Below, piece by piece: positions 25,872 to 40,372 of a DNA stretch of 64,000 nucleotides. The notes under the pieces were generated by a model. It was not told the origin of the DNA. It saw only the letters and a list, made by a program, of their open reading frames with translations, and made no database searches. How positions within the stretch are numbered: position 1 is the first letter of the stretch; every line of letters starts with the position of its first letter. Source of the DNA: Octopus vulgaris (taxonomy: Eukaryota); NCBI GenBank assembly GCA_951406725.2, contig OX597830.1, positions 75,392,001-75,456,000 on the forward strand, read 5' to 3'. The position numbers and the translations under genes were made by a program.

Positions 25872-27490
25872 ACTGACCCTACAACTTGGTGATCTAGAAT
25901 AGTCGCAGTCCAGTGCTGATGCAAATAAAAGTGTACTCTAAAAGAGAGCATATCAATAATAATAATTACTAACACGAATTTCTGTGTGTCAGTGTTTCAC
26001 AATGTAACCCCCTCTCTCACTATTCAATGACACTTTTACTATTCCTCATTCTGGTGTGAGAGTAATAATAGGCATAGAGACGGCGATGGCAGTAGTAGAT
26101 TGACGGTTGTGATGGTAATGGGGTGATAATAGTAGTATAAGCTGTAGTTGTGATAGAGGCGGAGGCGACGGTAATGATGGTGGTGTAGGTGGTGATAGCC
26201 GAGGCGGTCAGGGATGACGGTGATAGTAAGCAATTTTAGAAGACAGTGGTGATGGTGGTGGAGGGGAAGGCGTTGATGACGAAGGTATTGATGGTGGTAA
26301 TGTCAGATGTTTGAATGCTGCGAGTATGGCAGTTGTGGTGGCGATGGTGACGGTCCTGGTGATGGGGATGGTTGAAAACAATCAACAGAAAGAAAGCGGT
26401 TAGACAAAAAAAAATTGTACTGACCCCCGAATGAGGAGACAAAAGATTTTGCTATCTTGCAGCTTTGCAATAAGTTCCAAATCGACAAGTCATATCATTG
26501 TTTCGATGAAAATTGTTCATTGTTTGAAAAATATTGGTCAAGTTTAATAGAATGTAATATGTACTCAATGCATGAAGTGTCATTGTTGGGCCCAAGGCCC
26601 AATGAAAAGCCCTCTGCATGAGCTAGCTTAAAAGCCATTCGAAAAGGTGGTTTTTAAGCCAGTACATTTTTGTGTTTGCATAATTATGTGTATGTATGTC
26701 CTGTTGTGTCTGGGGAGAGTCATTTTCTTTTTGTGCCTTATAACAAAATCGAAAAGCAAAATGTATGTATGTCATTATCCAGTTTCATTTTAAGATTTCT
26801 TACCAATAGAAAAATATTTTTATAGGTGTGGAAGCATTTCAGTTCTGGTGTACTTGTGCTTTGGTATGGCCACCAGAATCCTTCCTTTGTATAGCATTGT
26901 AAACTGTCCGTATGTATCCAAGTATGTATGTATCTATGAACATAGGCAGATAAAGGGCGTATAGAAGGAGAGTATGAGTGAAATGCGGTTAAGACGATAT
27001 GGTGGAAGCTCTTTAGACTGAATGGTTCATAGAAGACACAGAATGAATGGAAAATTAGATACTTAGAAGTAGAGAGAGAATGAAAGAAAATAAAGAAGAC
27101 GAAGGCGGAAGTAACGAAAGAATTAATGACAGTAAGAAATTATTAGAGAGAAATTGTTAGACAGAAATTCTTGAAACAAAAAACAAAAAAATAGATGGAG
27201 AAATAAAGAGAGAGAGAGGGGGAGGGAAAAGAAAAGCGTTGAAAAATAGAGGAAAGAAAAAAGCAGAGGATTTGAGAAGAGAAACAGTATGAAGAAAGAA
27301 AGAAAGAAAATTAAATTATAAATATTACAGAAGACAAATGATAATAACAATAAGAATATTTGTAATAATTAGTGTAATAATGATAATAACAATGATTTCA
27401 AATAATAATGATAATAATAATTGGATGAAAAAGGAAAAAAAATGATAATGATAATAGTTACCACTCAATTTTTGTACTTAATAATATTTA

Positions 27491-27542
<52 letters not shown>

Positions 27543-27634
27543 CATTATTATATAAATGAAAGAAATCATTTAGTAGTAGTAGCAGCAACAGCAGTAGCAG
27601 CTGTAGCAGCAGTAGCAATAACAGAAGCAGTAGG

Positions 27635-27714
<80 letters not shown>

Positions 27715-28124
27715 AAAAAAGGAACTGCAGTGAAAGAAAGGAAGAAGGAGAATGAGTAAAGAATAGAGTACACAGAAACGATACTGGTGGTGGCGATGAT
27801 GCTGATGAAAATAATGACCATGGTGATGATGATGATGGTGGTTTTGGTGGTGGTGATGATGACGATGACATCGATGTGGAGGCTGGTGGGGGGAGGGGTA
27901 ACAGAAAAGAACGTCGATGAACTCCCCACCACCACCACCAGCACTGCCACCCCATCACCCACTAAATGTGTGAAAAGATGTAGACAGAGAAGAAAATTCA
28001 TTATTTATAAGAGGAAAAGAAACACCACGAAAATGGAGAGTCGAGAAAGAAAGAACAACAACAGCAGCAGCAGCGGTAGCAGCAGCAGCAGTAGCAGCAA
28101 TGGTAGTAGTAGTAGTAGTAGTAC

Positions 28125-28185
<61 letters not shown>

Positions 28186-28186
28186 G

Positions 28187-28241
<55 letters not shown>

Positions 28242-28727
28242 AGGATGCGGAAGAGAAGGAGGAATAGGAGGAATCAGGAGGAGGTAGGTGGTAAGAAGGA
28301 GTAGGAGGAAGAAGTGTATCTCTTATTGATTTAAGAGAAGAAGATTTCTTTAGTTTTCCGCTCCAGCAACTTCCTATCATTTAGGTAATCGTTATCACAC
28401 TCCTGGGTGATTTGTCTTGTTGAAATCACACAGCCGCCATTTCTGTAGCTGTTTAAGCGAAAGCCATATTGGTTGCTGGCCGAGCAAAGAATGTGATTTT
28501 AAGTGGAGACGAAAACCAGTCGAAAGTTGATAACCCTTTCCGTCACTTCCAACACGTTTATGGTTTAACGAGATATAGTGCTGACTGGCTTTGCACAGAT
28601 TTACAAAGGATTTATAGGATTAGCCCGTCTAGCGGTGTACAAGTGTTGCATAATTGTATGTGTGAACATGTTAGTTGTGTGAGGGTACGTATATACATAT
28701 ACATACATACATACATACATACATACA

Positions 28728-28763
<36 letters not shown>

Positions 28764-29225
28764 TATATATGCATGTGTGAGATGGCTTTTGAATGTGTGA
28801 GGCAGTGTGAGCGTGTATCTGTGTGTGTGTGTGTGTGAGAAAGAGTTCTTAAGTGTGTGTCGGTTGTATGGCTAAAACCTGCAAATATTGAATAGAGAGA
28901 GAGAGAGAGAGCATATACCTTGTACTGCCTTCGTTTTGACTGTCACTCCAATGCGTTAAATATATCTGAGTGACGACTGTTCATATATGTAATTATTTTG
29001 ACATGGAAGTTAGGTGTACAAAATAATGTATATAAGAATGTAAATGTGTGTGTGTGTGTGTTTGTACACATGTTCATTAATATTATTTAATAGGTCTTCT
29101 ACGAAAGCTTACATGCATACGTATCATCTTTCTAAACCCGCAAATTCACATAACAATATTCATAAAGATTTAAATATGGCATGTGCATTGCCTTGCTCTA
29201 ATTTATAAGAGTGTATGTATAGAAA

Positions 29226-29375
29226 AGTCTATGTGCGGTAAGAAGCTTGCTTACCAACCACAAGGTTCCGGGTTCAGTCCCACTGCGTGGCACCATCGGC
29301 AAGTGTCTTCTACTATACTCTTTGACCAAAGACTTGTGAGTGGATTTGGTAGACGGAAACTGAAAGAAGCCCGTC

Positions 29376-29420
<45 letters not shown>

Positions 29421-29428
29421 TGTGTGTG

Positions 29429-29472
<44 letters not shown>

Positions 29473-29592
29473 TGCGTGTGTCCCTTCGCCATCGCTTGAC
29501 AACCGATACTGGTGTGTTATGTCCCCGTAATCTAGCGGTCCGGCAAAAGAGACCGATAGAATAAGTACTAGGCTTACAAAGAATAAGTCCTT

Positions 29593-29628
<36 letters not shown>

Positions 29629-29760
29629 TGGCGGTGTGGTAAGAACGTTGTTACCCAACTACATAATTCTAGGTTCTGTCCCACTGTGTGGCATCTTGAG
29701 CAAGTGTCTTCTACTATAACTACGTACAAGACATGTGACTGAATTTGGTCAAAGAGGAAA
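29226..29760 (+). mobile_element. SINE family B (3'-truncated at about 29592) followed by a second diverged head
   Basis: Colinear with 10659-11080; second head starts at about 29626. Confidence 0.85.
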
Positions 29761-29771
29761 ACGATCAGTGA

Positions 29772-30287
29772 TGGTACGTCAAACAGCACATTGAACCTTT
29801 GAAGCAGTTAGAAATAGCAACAGGATACCTAGTGAAGATGTGACACAGCCAAAAGAATTTAAGAAATAAAATGAAGAGCAACGATTGAACAAGTGGAGAG
29901 TGAATGTGATGTATGGAGAGTTGATCAGAAAGATGGAAAGAAAAAAACAAGAACAGCACCTGAATGTGGCTAAGGAAAAGTAATCTGAAAGGATGCCTTA
30001 AAGCATAGATTTGCAGCGCTCAGGAACAACGTTTCATAACTAATTTCACCAAGTTCCAAACAGATAACAGTATTGAATTGCACCGTCATAGAATGTATAG
30101 CATCAAAAATTCAAGTCTTACATAGTGTGAGTGTGTGCAGAAAATTTGCGAAATGAAGTACGACAACCTAGCTAGGTATGTTCATTGGAGAGTGTGTGAG
30201 AAGCAAGGTTTTTTAAAGGGCGTTGAAATGGTAGATGTTTAATCCAGATGTTACCTAGCATAAAAAGTTAAGATCTTGCGGGATTTT
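29772..30287 (+). mobile_element. Decayed R4/Dong-clade (restriction-like endonuclease) non-LTR retrotransposon, C-terminal fragment
   Basis: Translation across stops and frameshifts gives WYVKQHIEPL..., WLRKSNLK..ICSAQEQ..TN, YDNLARYVHWRVCEKQG and KVKILRDF. These match the AQEQ / RHD..VHW..C / KILWDF motifs of R4/Dong elements. Cut off by a SINE at about 30288. Confidence 0.8.
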
Positions 30288-30770
30288 TCGCCCGGCGTGC
30301 TGACGTTTCTTACTTCTTTATTGCCCACAAAGGGCTAAAAATAGAGGGGACAAACGGATTAAGTCGATTACATTGACCCCCAGTGCATAACTGGTGCTTA
30401 ATTTATCGACCCCGAAAGGATGAAAGGCAAAGTCGACATCGGCGGAATTTGAACTCAGAACGTAACGGCAGACGAAATACGGCTACGCATTTCGCCCGGC
30501 GTGCTAACGTTTCTGCCAGCTCGCCGCCTTTTATTTGTATAAAGGTTGTCATTGTTATTGTTGCGGGCGCTTTTATTGTTGCTCTTGTTCCACTGGAGTC
30601 GATGTTATCGACTTAATCCCTTTGTCTATATTTGTTTGTCCCCTCCATTTTTTTCCCGGACAAAATGGTTAGCGGCGTTCCATCCACCCTTACGTTCTCA
30701 GTTCGAATTCTGCCGAGGTCGTCTTAGCCTTTTATTCCTTTTGGTGTCGATAAAACGAATATCAGTGGAT
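30288..30770. mobile_element. Family-A SINE (minus, about 30311-30530) plus adjoining fragments
   Basis: Reverse complement of the 2320-2551 element; further plus-strand pieces at 30595-30760. Confidence 0.82.
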
Positions 30771-30884
30771 ATCAGTGAAGTGAAGCCAAACAAATACAAT
30801 AAAATCATTAGGAAAATATTTTTAAGATAACAAATTAAAACAATAAAAAACTAATTACACCACACAATAATTAAACAATTATAT

Positions 30885-30955
30885 GAACGCACGTGTTTCA
30901 CCCTCAGTAGCAAAAGCCACGCAGATGTTGTGAGTTCATCAGAAAGGATAATACT
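30885..30955 (-). ncRNA. Hammerhead-like motif (decayed)
   Basis: Minus strand: CTGATGA-ACTCA...TGAGGGT-GAAA-CACGTG (palindrome). The cleavage triplet and stem I are not intact. Confidence 0.4.
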
Positions 30956-31572
30956 GGTTGCTTTTTTATCTTACATTTCGTTTTTAGTATTAAGTCCTTT
31001 GTGGTTTTCTTTAATTTTTTATTATTAGCTTATATTGTTTTGTGTGATTTATTTAAATTTACGTGAGATTCAGCATAATTTCTTGTGCAGCTTATTTCTC
31101 GGTGTTTTCTCATTCTGATTACGCTTACTTCTATTATATGCATGAATGACAATCCGCCATCTCTAGTTGGTTTGGCGGCAACTGGTTCTTCTTTTAACAT
31201 TATAACCAAACATTGCAACGCATGTTGTATTCGATGCGCTACCGATTGCCATATATCTGCCACACTGGTATGTATATATATATATATATGCATATAAACG
31301 TATTCATGTGTACTTATACATATATAGAGATAATAAATATAGATTTAGATTTATGCATACAAGTATGTATTTATGCGTGCATGTGTATGTGTATTTGTGC
31401 TTGTTTTCATATTACTTCTTGTCTTGAATTTGAAATTAATAATTTCTATCTGTTTACATATATGTTGGCACCGGAATTATATCTCCTTGATTACACTTTA
31501 ATATTGGTGTATTAAACGTTGCCCTTACGACAAGAAAGACATTAGTTATCCTTGTTATCCTAATCCTTTTTA

Positions 31573-31601
31573 TTATTATTATTATTATTGTTATTTTTAT
31601 C

Positions 31602-31648
<47 letters not shown>

Positions 31649-31892
31649 CATTATTATTATTATTATTATTTAGTTGCTGTTGTTTTGCTTTATACGAAAT
31701 GTTCCGTGTCTCACTGAGGGAATTTCAAGTGACAGGACTATTCTTCTTCTTCTTCTTCTTCTTCTTCTTCTTCTTCTTCTTCTTCTTCTTCTTCTTCTTC
31801 TTCTTCTTCTTCTTCTTCTTCTTCTTCTTCTTCTTCTTCTTCTTCTTCTTCTTCTTCTTCTTCTTCTTCTTCTTCTTCTTCTTCTTCTTCTT
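31573..31892. repeat. (ATT)n and long pure (TTC)n microsatellites
   Basis: Direct reading; (TTC)n at 31741-31892. Confidence 0.95.
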
Positions 31893-32129
31893 TTCGTTGA
31901 TGTTTCCCTAAACTTTTTTTCTATTCTTTTGGGCGCCAAATTATAACACTACCGTGGATTTTTAATTAACTTGGATAGTTTCATAAATAATACTGCTTCC
32001 ATATATTAATATTCCTTGCGAAGGAGAAACACTTGTCTTCATTTTGTTCTTATTGTTGTTGCAATTTATCTCATTTTTTCTTCCTTTTTTGACATATTGT
32101 TTTATTCACACATTCAACATTTATCTTCT

Positions 32130-32375
32130 GTTCTTTCATTTTTTGAGTCATTGGACTGCTGCCATACTGGGGCACCAATTTGAAGAGTTGTAGTCAACCA
32201 AATTGCTCCTAATACTCAGTTTTTGGTTTATTTCTTAGTCTATCGATGTTATTTATCGACCCACAAAATTACGGGCGCACTGGTTGCAACGCGTTGGATA
32301 AACACTAACGCAAACTCACACACACGCGCGCACGGCACAGACTGCACGGATTGCATGCACGGATAGATAGTTAAT

Positions 32376-32470
<95 letters not shown>

Positions 32471-32620
32471 GACTGTCTTCCACACAGCTTCCGTTTAACA
32501 CAGTTACTCTAAAAAAATTGGTCGATCTGGTTTACACGGAAAAATACTTGCCCTTGGTGCAACGCATTGGGATTGAAACCGAAACGCCATGGCTGCAAAA
32601 CGAGTTTCTTAATCGCAGAA
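32130..32620 (-). mobile_element. Diverged SINE family B with internal (GATA)n
   Basis: AGTCATTGGACTGCTGCCATACTGGGGCACC...ACTTGCCCTTGGTGCAACGCATTGGGATTGAA. Confidence 0.65.
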
Positions 32621-32899
32621 AAACCACAATTGTCACAGCAACCAATATTACAAAAACCTTTCGTTAGAGATTACAAGATTTCATTTGCAAAACAAGGTAT
32701 ATTATATTAAGATGTTTGTAACACGTTTAAATGTGTACAAGCATAAAATAAACAACATGAAACCTGTATGCAATAGATATTAAGACTAATTTAGTAAAAA
32801 AAAAAACGAGCAGAGATAAATAAAAGTAAGAGTTACCCATCCTTATAGAAGTGGGGATTTATGACCAGTGCATTGCAGGGTACCACAGGGAACCGTAAA

Positions 32900-33420
32900 G
32901 TACCACAAGGTAACACAAGGCACCATGATCTCCTCTCACTGCAACTACCTTTTGCAAAGGGCTACCCTTTTCTAGTCTTTCTTTATTTCATCATTATTCT
33001 GTGTATAACGCCTCCGTATTTGTGCGAAAGAATGGAGATTGCAATGTTCCATGAGACATTAGCTTTGTCTTGTGATAGAGGAAAATACTTCCTTAGAGAT
33101 TCAGTTGCCAATCACTAGTGACGGTATCGTGGTTAATAGGATTTTAGATGTTTACTCTCCAGCCATTGCTGAATATTGAACCTGTGATACTCTGAAAACA
33201 GCAGTACCCTCAGTCACGATTGTTTCCCATGGGATCTTGCTATTGCAGTTGATGATGTGTTTGCTCCCCTGGACTATCCCTCTCTTTTCTTCTAACTTAC
33301 TGATTCCTGGTTTTACACTCGCTCAATTAACAAGTGGACCGTCTCCTCTGTAGAATCAGTCTAACCTTTACTCTACTCCATTCCTAGTGTCAAATCCCAT
33401 GATCTTCTTGCATATGAGTT
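32900..33420 (-). mobile_element. Possible heavily decayed LINE 5'/endonuclease remnant
   Basis: Non-repetitive sequence of mixed composition; the minus strand gives LVIGN* at a position reminiscent of the IGTWNV motif. Weak. Confidence 0.25.
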
Positions 33421-33755
33421 GTATTTGAATGTATATGGAAACAATGCTTTCTTTTATCTTGTAAACGCTGTTATATCATCTACTCGTATTTCCTATTAAA
33501 AGTTCGTTGAGCAAGGAGGCACTATCGTTCGTGACAAAACGTATCCAATAAGTCTCCTTTGAATTATAAATCTCGCAAATGATGTGATGTTATTGTTGGC
33601 GGCAATACTGTCGTTTTTCACCCACTATTTCCTATTGATTTAGTGGTTTCAACAATATTTTCTATCATTTCAATCATTTTATTACAGCCATGCTTGTGAA
33701 CAACTATGAATGCACATACATGCATAGACACATACAATTACACACATACACACAC

Positions 33756-33816
<61 letters not shown>

Positions 33817-34180
33817 TAAGAAAAATTATCATTTTATTTATTTTTTAAATAAATATTGTTTAACTGTATTTGCTTATGTATTTAACTATTATTGTTAACC
33901 TGAAGATTGACTATGATTTTAATTCGAATTTAATTGTAGCCATGTAGTTTTTTTACTTATATATTGCTTGTTCATTTTTATACTTCTTGAAATCTAGTTA
34001 TATGTTTTATAAAAATATATCTTAGTTGTTATTTACGTTTTGGTTTATGTCTATCATTTTTTGGATTGCATAATAGTGGTTTTATCTCTAATTTATATTT
34101 TATATATTTATATTGTGAAATTTGAATTAATACTAAATTGAAATTTTCCCTGTAAGTTTGGAGTTATACTCCCTATTCTT

Positions 34181-34302
<122 letters not shown>

Positions 34303-36585
34303 CATATATACAGATATATATATATATATATGTGTGTATATGTGTGTGTGCGTGTGTGTGAAAAGTATGTTATATATATCATGTATATATGTGTATGTAT
34401 ATATGCATATGTTGGGGTATAAATATATATGTATGTATGCATATATGTATGTATTCATATCAGATTGCAAATATCGCTGAGTATATGCCTATATAGATGT
34501 ACAAGAAAATGATGAGAAGTATAGTTAGATATACTGATAGATAGTTAGCTAGCTAGATAGATAGATAGATAGATGGATAGATAGAGAGAGACACAGAGAG
34601 AGAAATAGAGAGCGTTAGAGAGTGAGATAGTGAGACAGAGAGAATGAAAGAGAAAGAAGGAAAGAGAGAGAACAAATCAATAAAATTAAAACAAACAATT
34701 GTTACACATATATAGAAAATATATACGCCTACACAATCATGCACATAAGCTTTCATATAATCATACAAACGCACATATATATCTTCATACACACATATAC
34801 ACACACACACATATATATACATAAACATACAAACGCGTATATATTCAAAAATATATACATACATATCAACATACAAACATATATTTATTCAAAGAAGCAT
34901 ACCTATCTACCTATCTATCTACCTTTATACTTACATACATACGTACGTACATACATACATACATACATACAGACAGACAGACAGACAGACAGACATACGT
35001 ACATACATACATGCATGCATGCATACATACCAACATACATATACATATCTCACTAACAAACAAAAAGAAAATATTATCGAATCCTTTATTCAGTTCTCTG
35101 TGTATTCCTGCGTATGTTTATGCGTACGTGAGGCTCTATATGCGAATGGCAATGTATGTGTGTGTACAAAGGTGTCCAAATAATTATATGTATATGAGTG
35201 TGTGCTTATGCGAGTGTGCATCACTGTATGCGTACATTTGAATTTTATTTTTTATGTATGGAAAAACCTCTTCCAAAGAATAATTGAATACCCTAGGTGA
35301 TTCGAGAAGAAAAAAAAATTGGAGGCAAACAGCAAAAAAAATATCATTTATCACTGCGAGACTGCTTTCGCCATATTTAATTTTTCGCTGAGTTTTTGTA
35401 TTCTTCGAAAACGATGTCTTTAAGCTACACCTCAGGAATCCAGGACAACGGAATAATACACATGAGAGGAAGAAATAAAGAAATACACAAGAAATATAGA
35501 AATAAAATGAAAGAAAAAACACACGTAAGAGTATAAAAATATCTCATAAAAATAAAAATAAACGTTATACTAAATATAAAAAATTCTGTTTCATATATAT
35601 GCATACATACATACATACATACACACATCCCTATATACATACATACATACATACATACATACACATACATGCATACATATATATATATATATACATAGAT
35701 GTTCATAGATTTTGTATTTATATACATATGTACACACACGTAAAAACACACACAAACACACACATGCTTATGAACTCACAAATCACATACGCATATATAT
35801 GCACAGCAGACAACAAGGATACACACACACTTGCTCTCTCTCTCTCTCTCTCTCTCTCTTTCACTTTCTATGTCTCTCTCTCTGTCTCTCTCTGTCTCTA
35901 TCTGTCTCTTTCTTTCTCTCTCCTACCTTCATACACAGGACTCGCATATTTATATATTAACACGTAAGTTCACAGATGCATAATAGCAAACGAAATTTCG
36001 TTCATTAGGCTACCCCGTCGTTAAGATCCGATCAACTTTAAAACAAAGCAAAAAACAAAAACAAAAAACAATATATAAACATATGAAATATAATAAATAT
36101 ATAAAGTATATAAATTATACGATGCGGCAACAATAACAATAGCAACAACGTCGTAGAATGATTGGAAGAATTGTTGGAATAATGAGGAGAGAAATATTGG
36201 CTTGATGCTGTTTAGTGAAGTTGTGGTGTTGTTGTGAGGAATTGGTAAACCGGAAGTTGATAGTTTTCTTCTTCTTCTTCTTCTTCTTCTTCTTCTTCTT
36301 CTTCTTCTTCTTCTTTTTCTTCTTCTTCTTCTTCTTCTTCTTCTTCTTCTTCTTCTTCTTCTTCTTCTTCTTCTTCTTCTTCTTCTTCTTCTTCTTCCTC
36401 TCATAGTTTTTTTTTCCTTTTTTCTCCTACTTCTTTTATTACTATTCCATCGTTGTTTTATCATTATCGTCATCGTCGTCGTCGTCGTCATCCTAATCAT
36501 CATCACTATCATCGTCATCTTTATCTCCTCTTCTTCCCCAAACTACTACCACTACTACTGTTGCTGCTGCTCCTGCTGCTGCTGT

Positions 36586-36642
<57 letters not shown>

Positions 36643-38109
36643 AACTACAACTACTACTACTGCTACAACATCTTTTTCGTCTCTTTACTCCTCCTTCTTC
36701 TTCCCCTTCTACTCCCGGTAATGACAACGCACTCAATGTCGAGAATGATGATGTAGAAGAGGAACTACAAGCAAAAAATATTTCCAAACTCCTTCTAAAT
36801 CTTATTCTATTCTCTCATTCACTCATGTAATCATTCATTCTTTCATTCGTTCTTTTGTTCCTGTATTTTAATCAAGCATACTGTCATTACTCTCTTCTAT
36901 ACTTCCTTACAGATTTTAAAAAACTTTTTGCCCTTCATATCAGTTTTTCTTTCATTTTTGCTTTCTTCCTCAATTGCTCCGTTTAATTTAACTGTTTTTG
37001 TTTGTTTTTTTCTTCGTCTCGGATTAAATATGTATTGCATCCTCTTCTGCCCAGTAATATAGCGGAGGGCTATCGTAGGGACTTTGTGATAAATAGCTTT
37101 CTGAACTATATTAGTTTCATGTGATCAACAAAAACTTTGAAGACAGTGTCCTTGCATGACCACAGTTCACTAGCACGCGCATCCACACACACACACACTC
37201 ACACATACACACCCACACACACATCAACAAACATTCTCCTACTATTAAAACACACAATTATCTCTCAAACTTCCTGCAAGCCAGTAACTGTTTTTGTCTC
37301 TCTTATCATTTTTTCCTCGTTTCTCTTACTCTCTTGACTTTTATTGGCATATCCTTCTGGGAGCTATGCCCCGAAATGTCGTACTTCTACTCTTAACTTT
37401 CACTTTATAGCACCTTATAGCTTATCTCTTCGAGCCTCAAGCCAACGAAATAATAATATTCATTCAAGACGCACCTCCAATATATTTGAATCTGTATTTG
37501 CATTCATCCATTCTTATTATTCATTTGTATGTATGTATGTATATATATATATATATATACATACAAAATTTAGAGACGTATTTATTATAATTGTTGTTGA
37601 TTAACTCCTGTTCAGTTCCGTTCTAGGTTGCAGCATATCTGTGACCAGGTAGGGTAACTTAACGCATTTGATATTTAGGCCCTCAATTAGCTGATATATT
37701 ATTCAATTTATAAACCGAATGTGATTCGCACGTGATTGGAGTACTCATTCTAGAAGGTCGAGTGACGGCATAAAGCCATCATTGCTTCGAATTTGCAAAT
37801 TTAAAGTGTTGCTGATGATTATATACGATATAATCATAGTAAGGTCTGGTCCTTGACTTTCAGCAAACTTAACGCCCTCTTTCCCTTTCCTTTCAACTAA
37901 CTACAATCATCTTATATGTTGACCCTACAACACCTATTGTTAGAAATTCTTAAACCTTCAAACATTGAGGAAACTGCAAAATTGAAAGCTTAAACAAATC
38001 TTAAAGTCGTTACGCTTGATCAATATTATAGCAGGCAAGCATTTATGATATCTAAGACACTTGTTCACCCATCCCACTCCAAACACACGCATACACGTCT
38101 CTACACACA

Positions 38110-38165
<56 letters not shown>

Positions 38166-39204
38166 AATATATACATACCTGCAAACATACATATATACAT
38201 GCTTACATACCTAAATATACACACATACGCGCGTAGTATAATCTTAAAGTTAACATTCCTTGACATAATAAAACACACTTCACTAAATCACATATACACA
38301 CAATCAAATTCTATGCACAATATATAACCTTATGCTCCAATCATTCCAACTTCACAGTTACACATATTTAAACATGCTCACAGAACATGCTATTGCATAA
38401 TTCCTTTCACACGCAAGAGAGAAGCACATGCACACACAGAGAATATATTCTTGTACTTATCAACCTCGGCTTCATAAAATCTACGTAGGCGCGCCAAAAC
38501 TTGCACAAAAACATAAAAGATTTCGTTCATTATTTCTGATGACTGAAGAACTCTCTTTTACTAAGAAAATCCATTCCGTCCTGAACAAATCCTTCATTTA
38601 AAATTTAATCTTCATCTTTCATTAGAAAAGCATAATTACCACATAACATTATGCTCATTTTCTTTATTCTCCCTAATGGTCTTTTACATAATATGCAGTA
38701 TACTTGTATGTATAGATGTGCGTGAATGTGTGTGCGTGCTCTATCTGAGTGCGTGAATTTTGTGTGTATATTTATGCAAGTTGGTGCATACAGATGTATA
38801 CGTATGCGTATATATGTGCTAGCCTATATAGAAAGCTTAACAATACACATATATGCGTAATAAACGTATATTTAGCCTCGCTGTTAAAATAGAACATTTT
38901 CTTATATTAATTCGCATGTTCTCAGCAATGCCATTAGATGTATGTGCAAATTACTTTCGTTTATTATTCATGCTCGTCGGTCACTGAGACAACGATGTGA
39001 TACTTCACATGGCACATTTAAACAAGATCAGATTATATACACATGCATGTACAGATACATAACCTTGCAAAGTTAGTAACCTACTTTACGTTAATAAAAT
39101 ACCAACAGAGTGCACAGAAAATAAAGCTGTAAACAAACATGCAACAGTTAAATTAACAAATTATATTTTTATAACAACAATAATTAGTTTCTATGATGTT
39201 TAGT

Positions 39205-39508
39205 AGTGGAGGCACATAGCCTACTGGTTAGAGCAGCGGAATCGAGGTCGAGGGATCACGGGTTCAAATCTCAGACCGAGCGATGTGTGTGTGTTTATGA
39301 GCGAAACACCTGAGTTGCACGCGGCTCCGGCAGAAGGTAATGACGAACGTCTGCTTATTTTTCGCCACAACTTTCTCTCACTCTTTCCTCCTGCATCTTG
39401 GAGCTCACCTGCGACGGACCGGCGTCCCGTCCAGGTGGGGAATCTATACACTTAGGAAACCGGGAAACCGGCCCTTACGAGCCGGGCGTAGCTCGAGAAG
39501 GAAGAAAC
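39205..39508 (+). mobile_element. SINE family C (tail type 2, V-domain-like)
   Basis: Related head; tail CCTGCGACGGACCGGCGTCCCGTCCAGG...GAAACCGGG; 12-bp TSD ATGAT(G/A)TTTAGT at 39193-39204 and 39509-39520. Confidence 0.85.
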
Positions 39509-39546
39509 ATGATATTTAGTGATTTGTTTTAAAATTTATTCTTTGA

Positions 39547-39900
39547 AGGCGATGAGCTGGCAGAATCGTTAGCACGCCGAGCGAAATGCTTAGCGGTATT
39601 TCGTCTGCCGCTACGTTCTGAGTTCAAATTCCGCCGAGGTCGACTTTGCCTTTCATCCTTTCGCACTAGAGTCGATATAATCAACTAGTCTCCTTCCCCA
39701 AAGGTTTCTAGCCCTTGTGATAAAGTAGAAATGATTATCTATTCTTGGTATAAAGGTGGCGATCTGGCAGACTATTTAGCGCGCCGGACAAATTGCTAAA
39801 GAGCATTTTGTCGGTCTGTACTTTCTAAATTCAGATTTCGCCGAGTTCACATTTGTCTTTCATCCTTTTTGCATCGATGAAATAAGTACCATTTGAGCAA
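39547..39900 (+). mobile_element. Two tandem family-A SINEs
   Basis: AGGCGATGAGCTGGCAGAATCG... and AGGTGGCGATCTGGCAGAC... heads, both continuing to TTTCATCCTTT. Confidence 0.82.
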
Positions 39901-39905
39901 TATAT

Positions 39906-39992
<87 letters not shown>

Positions 39993-40010
39993 TAAATATA
40001 TATATATATA

Positions 40011-40039
<29 letters not shown>

Positions 40040-40042
<3 letters not shown>

Positions 40043-40339
40043 GAGGCGCAATGGCCTAGTGGTTAGGGCAGCGGACTCGCGGTCGTAGGATCGCGGTTTC
40101 GATTCCCAGACCGTGCGTTGTGAGTGTTTATTGAGCGAAAATACCTAAAAGCTCCACGAGGCTCCGGCAGGGGGTGGTGATCCCTGCTGTACTCTTTCAC
40201 CACTATTTCTCCCACTCTTTCTTCTGTTGGCCTGCTCGCTTAGCCAGTGGGGTGGCGTCATTCGAAGGCTAAAACAATGCGAACGCATTGTGACCAGCGA
40301 TGTATAACTACATCTGATGGACTGGTCGGTCACGTGATA
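40040..40339 (+). mobile_element. SINE family C (tail type 3)
   Basis: Same head; tail GGCCTGCTCGCTTAGCCAG...GGTCGGTCACGTGAT; sits in a TG/TA microsatellite. Confidence 0.87.
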
Positions 40340-40341
40340 TG

Positions 40342-40372
<31 letters not shown>

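Noticed and set aside
31050-31072. Loose antisense similarity to miR-1993
   Set aside because: Several mismatches to the mature sequence as I recall it, and no complementary arm nearby.
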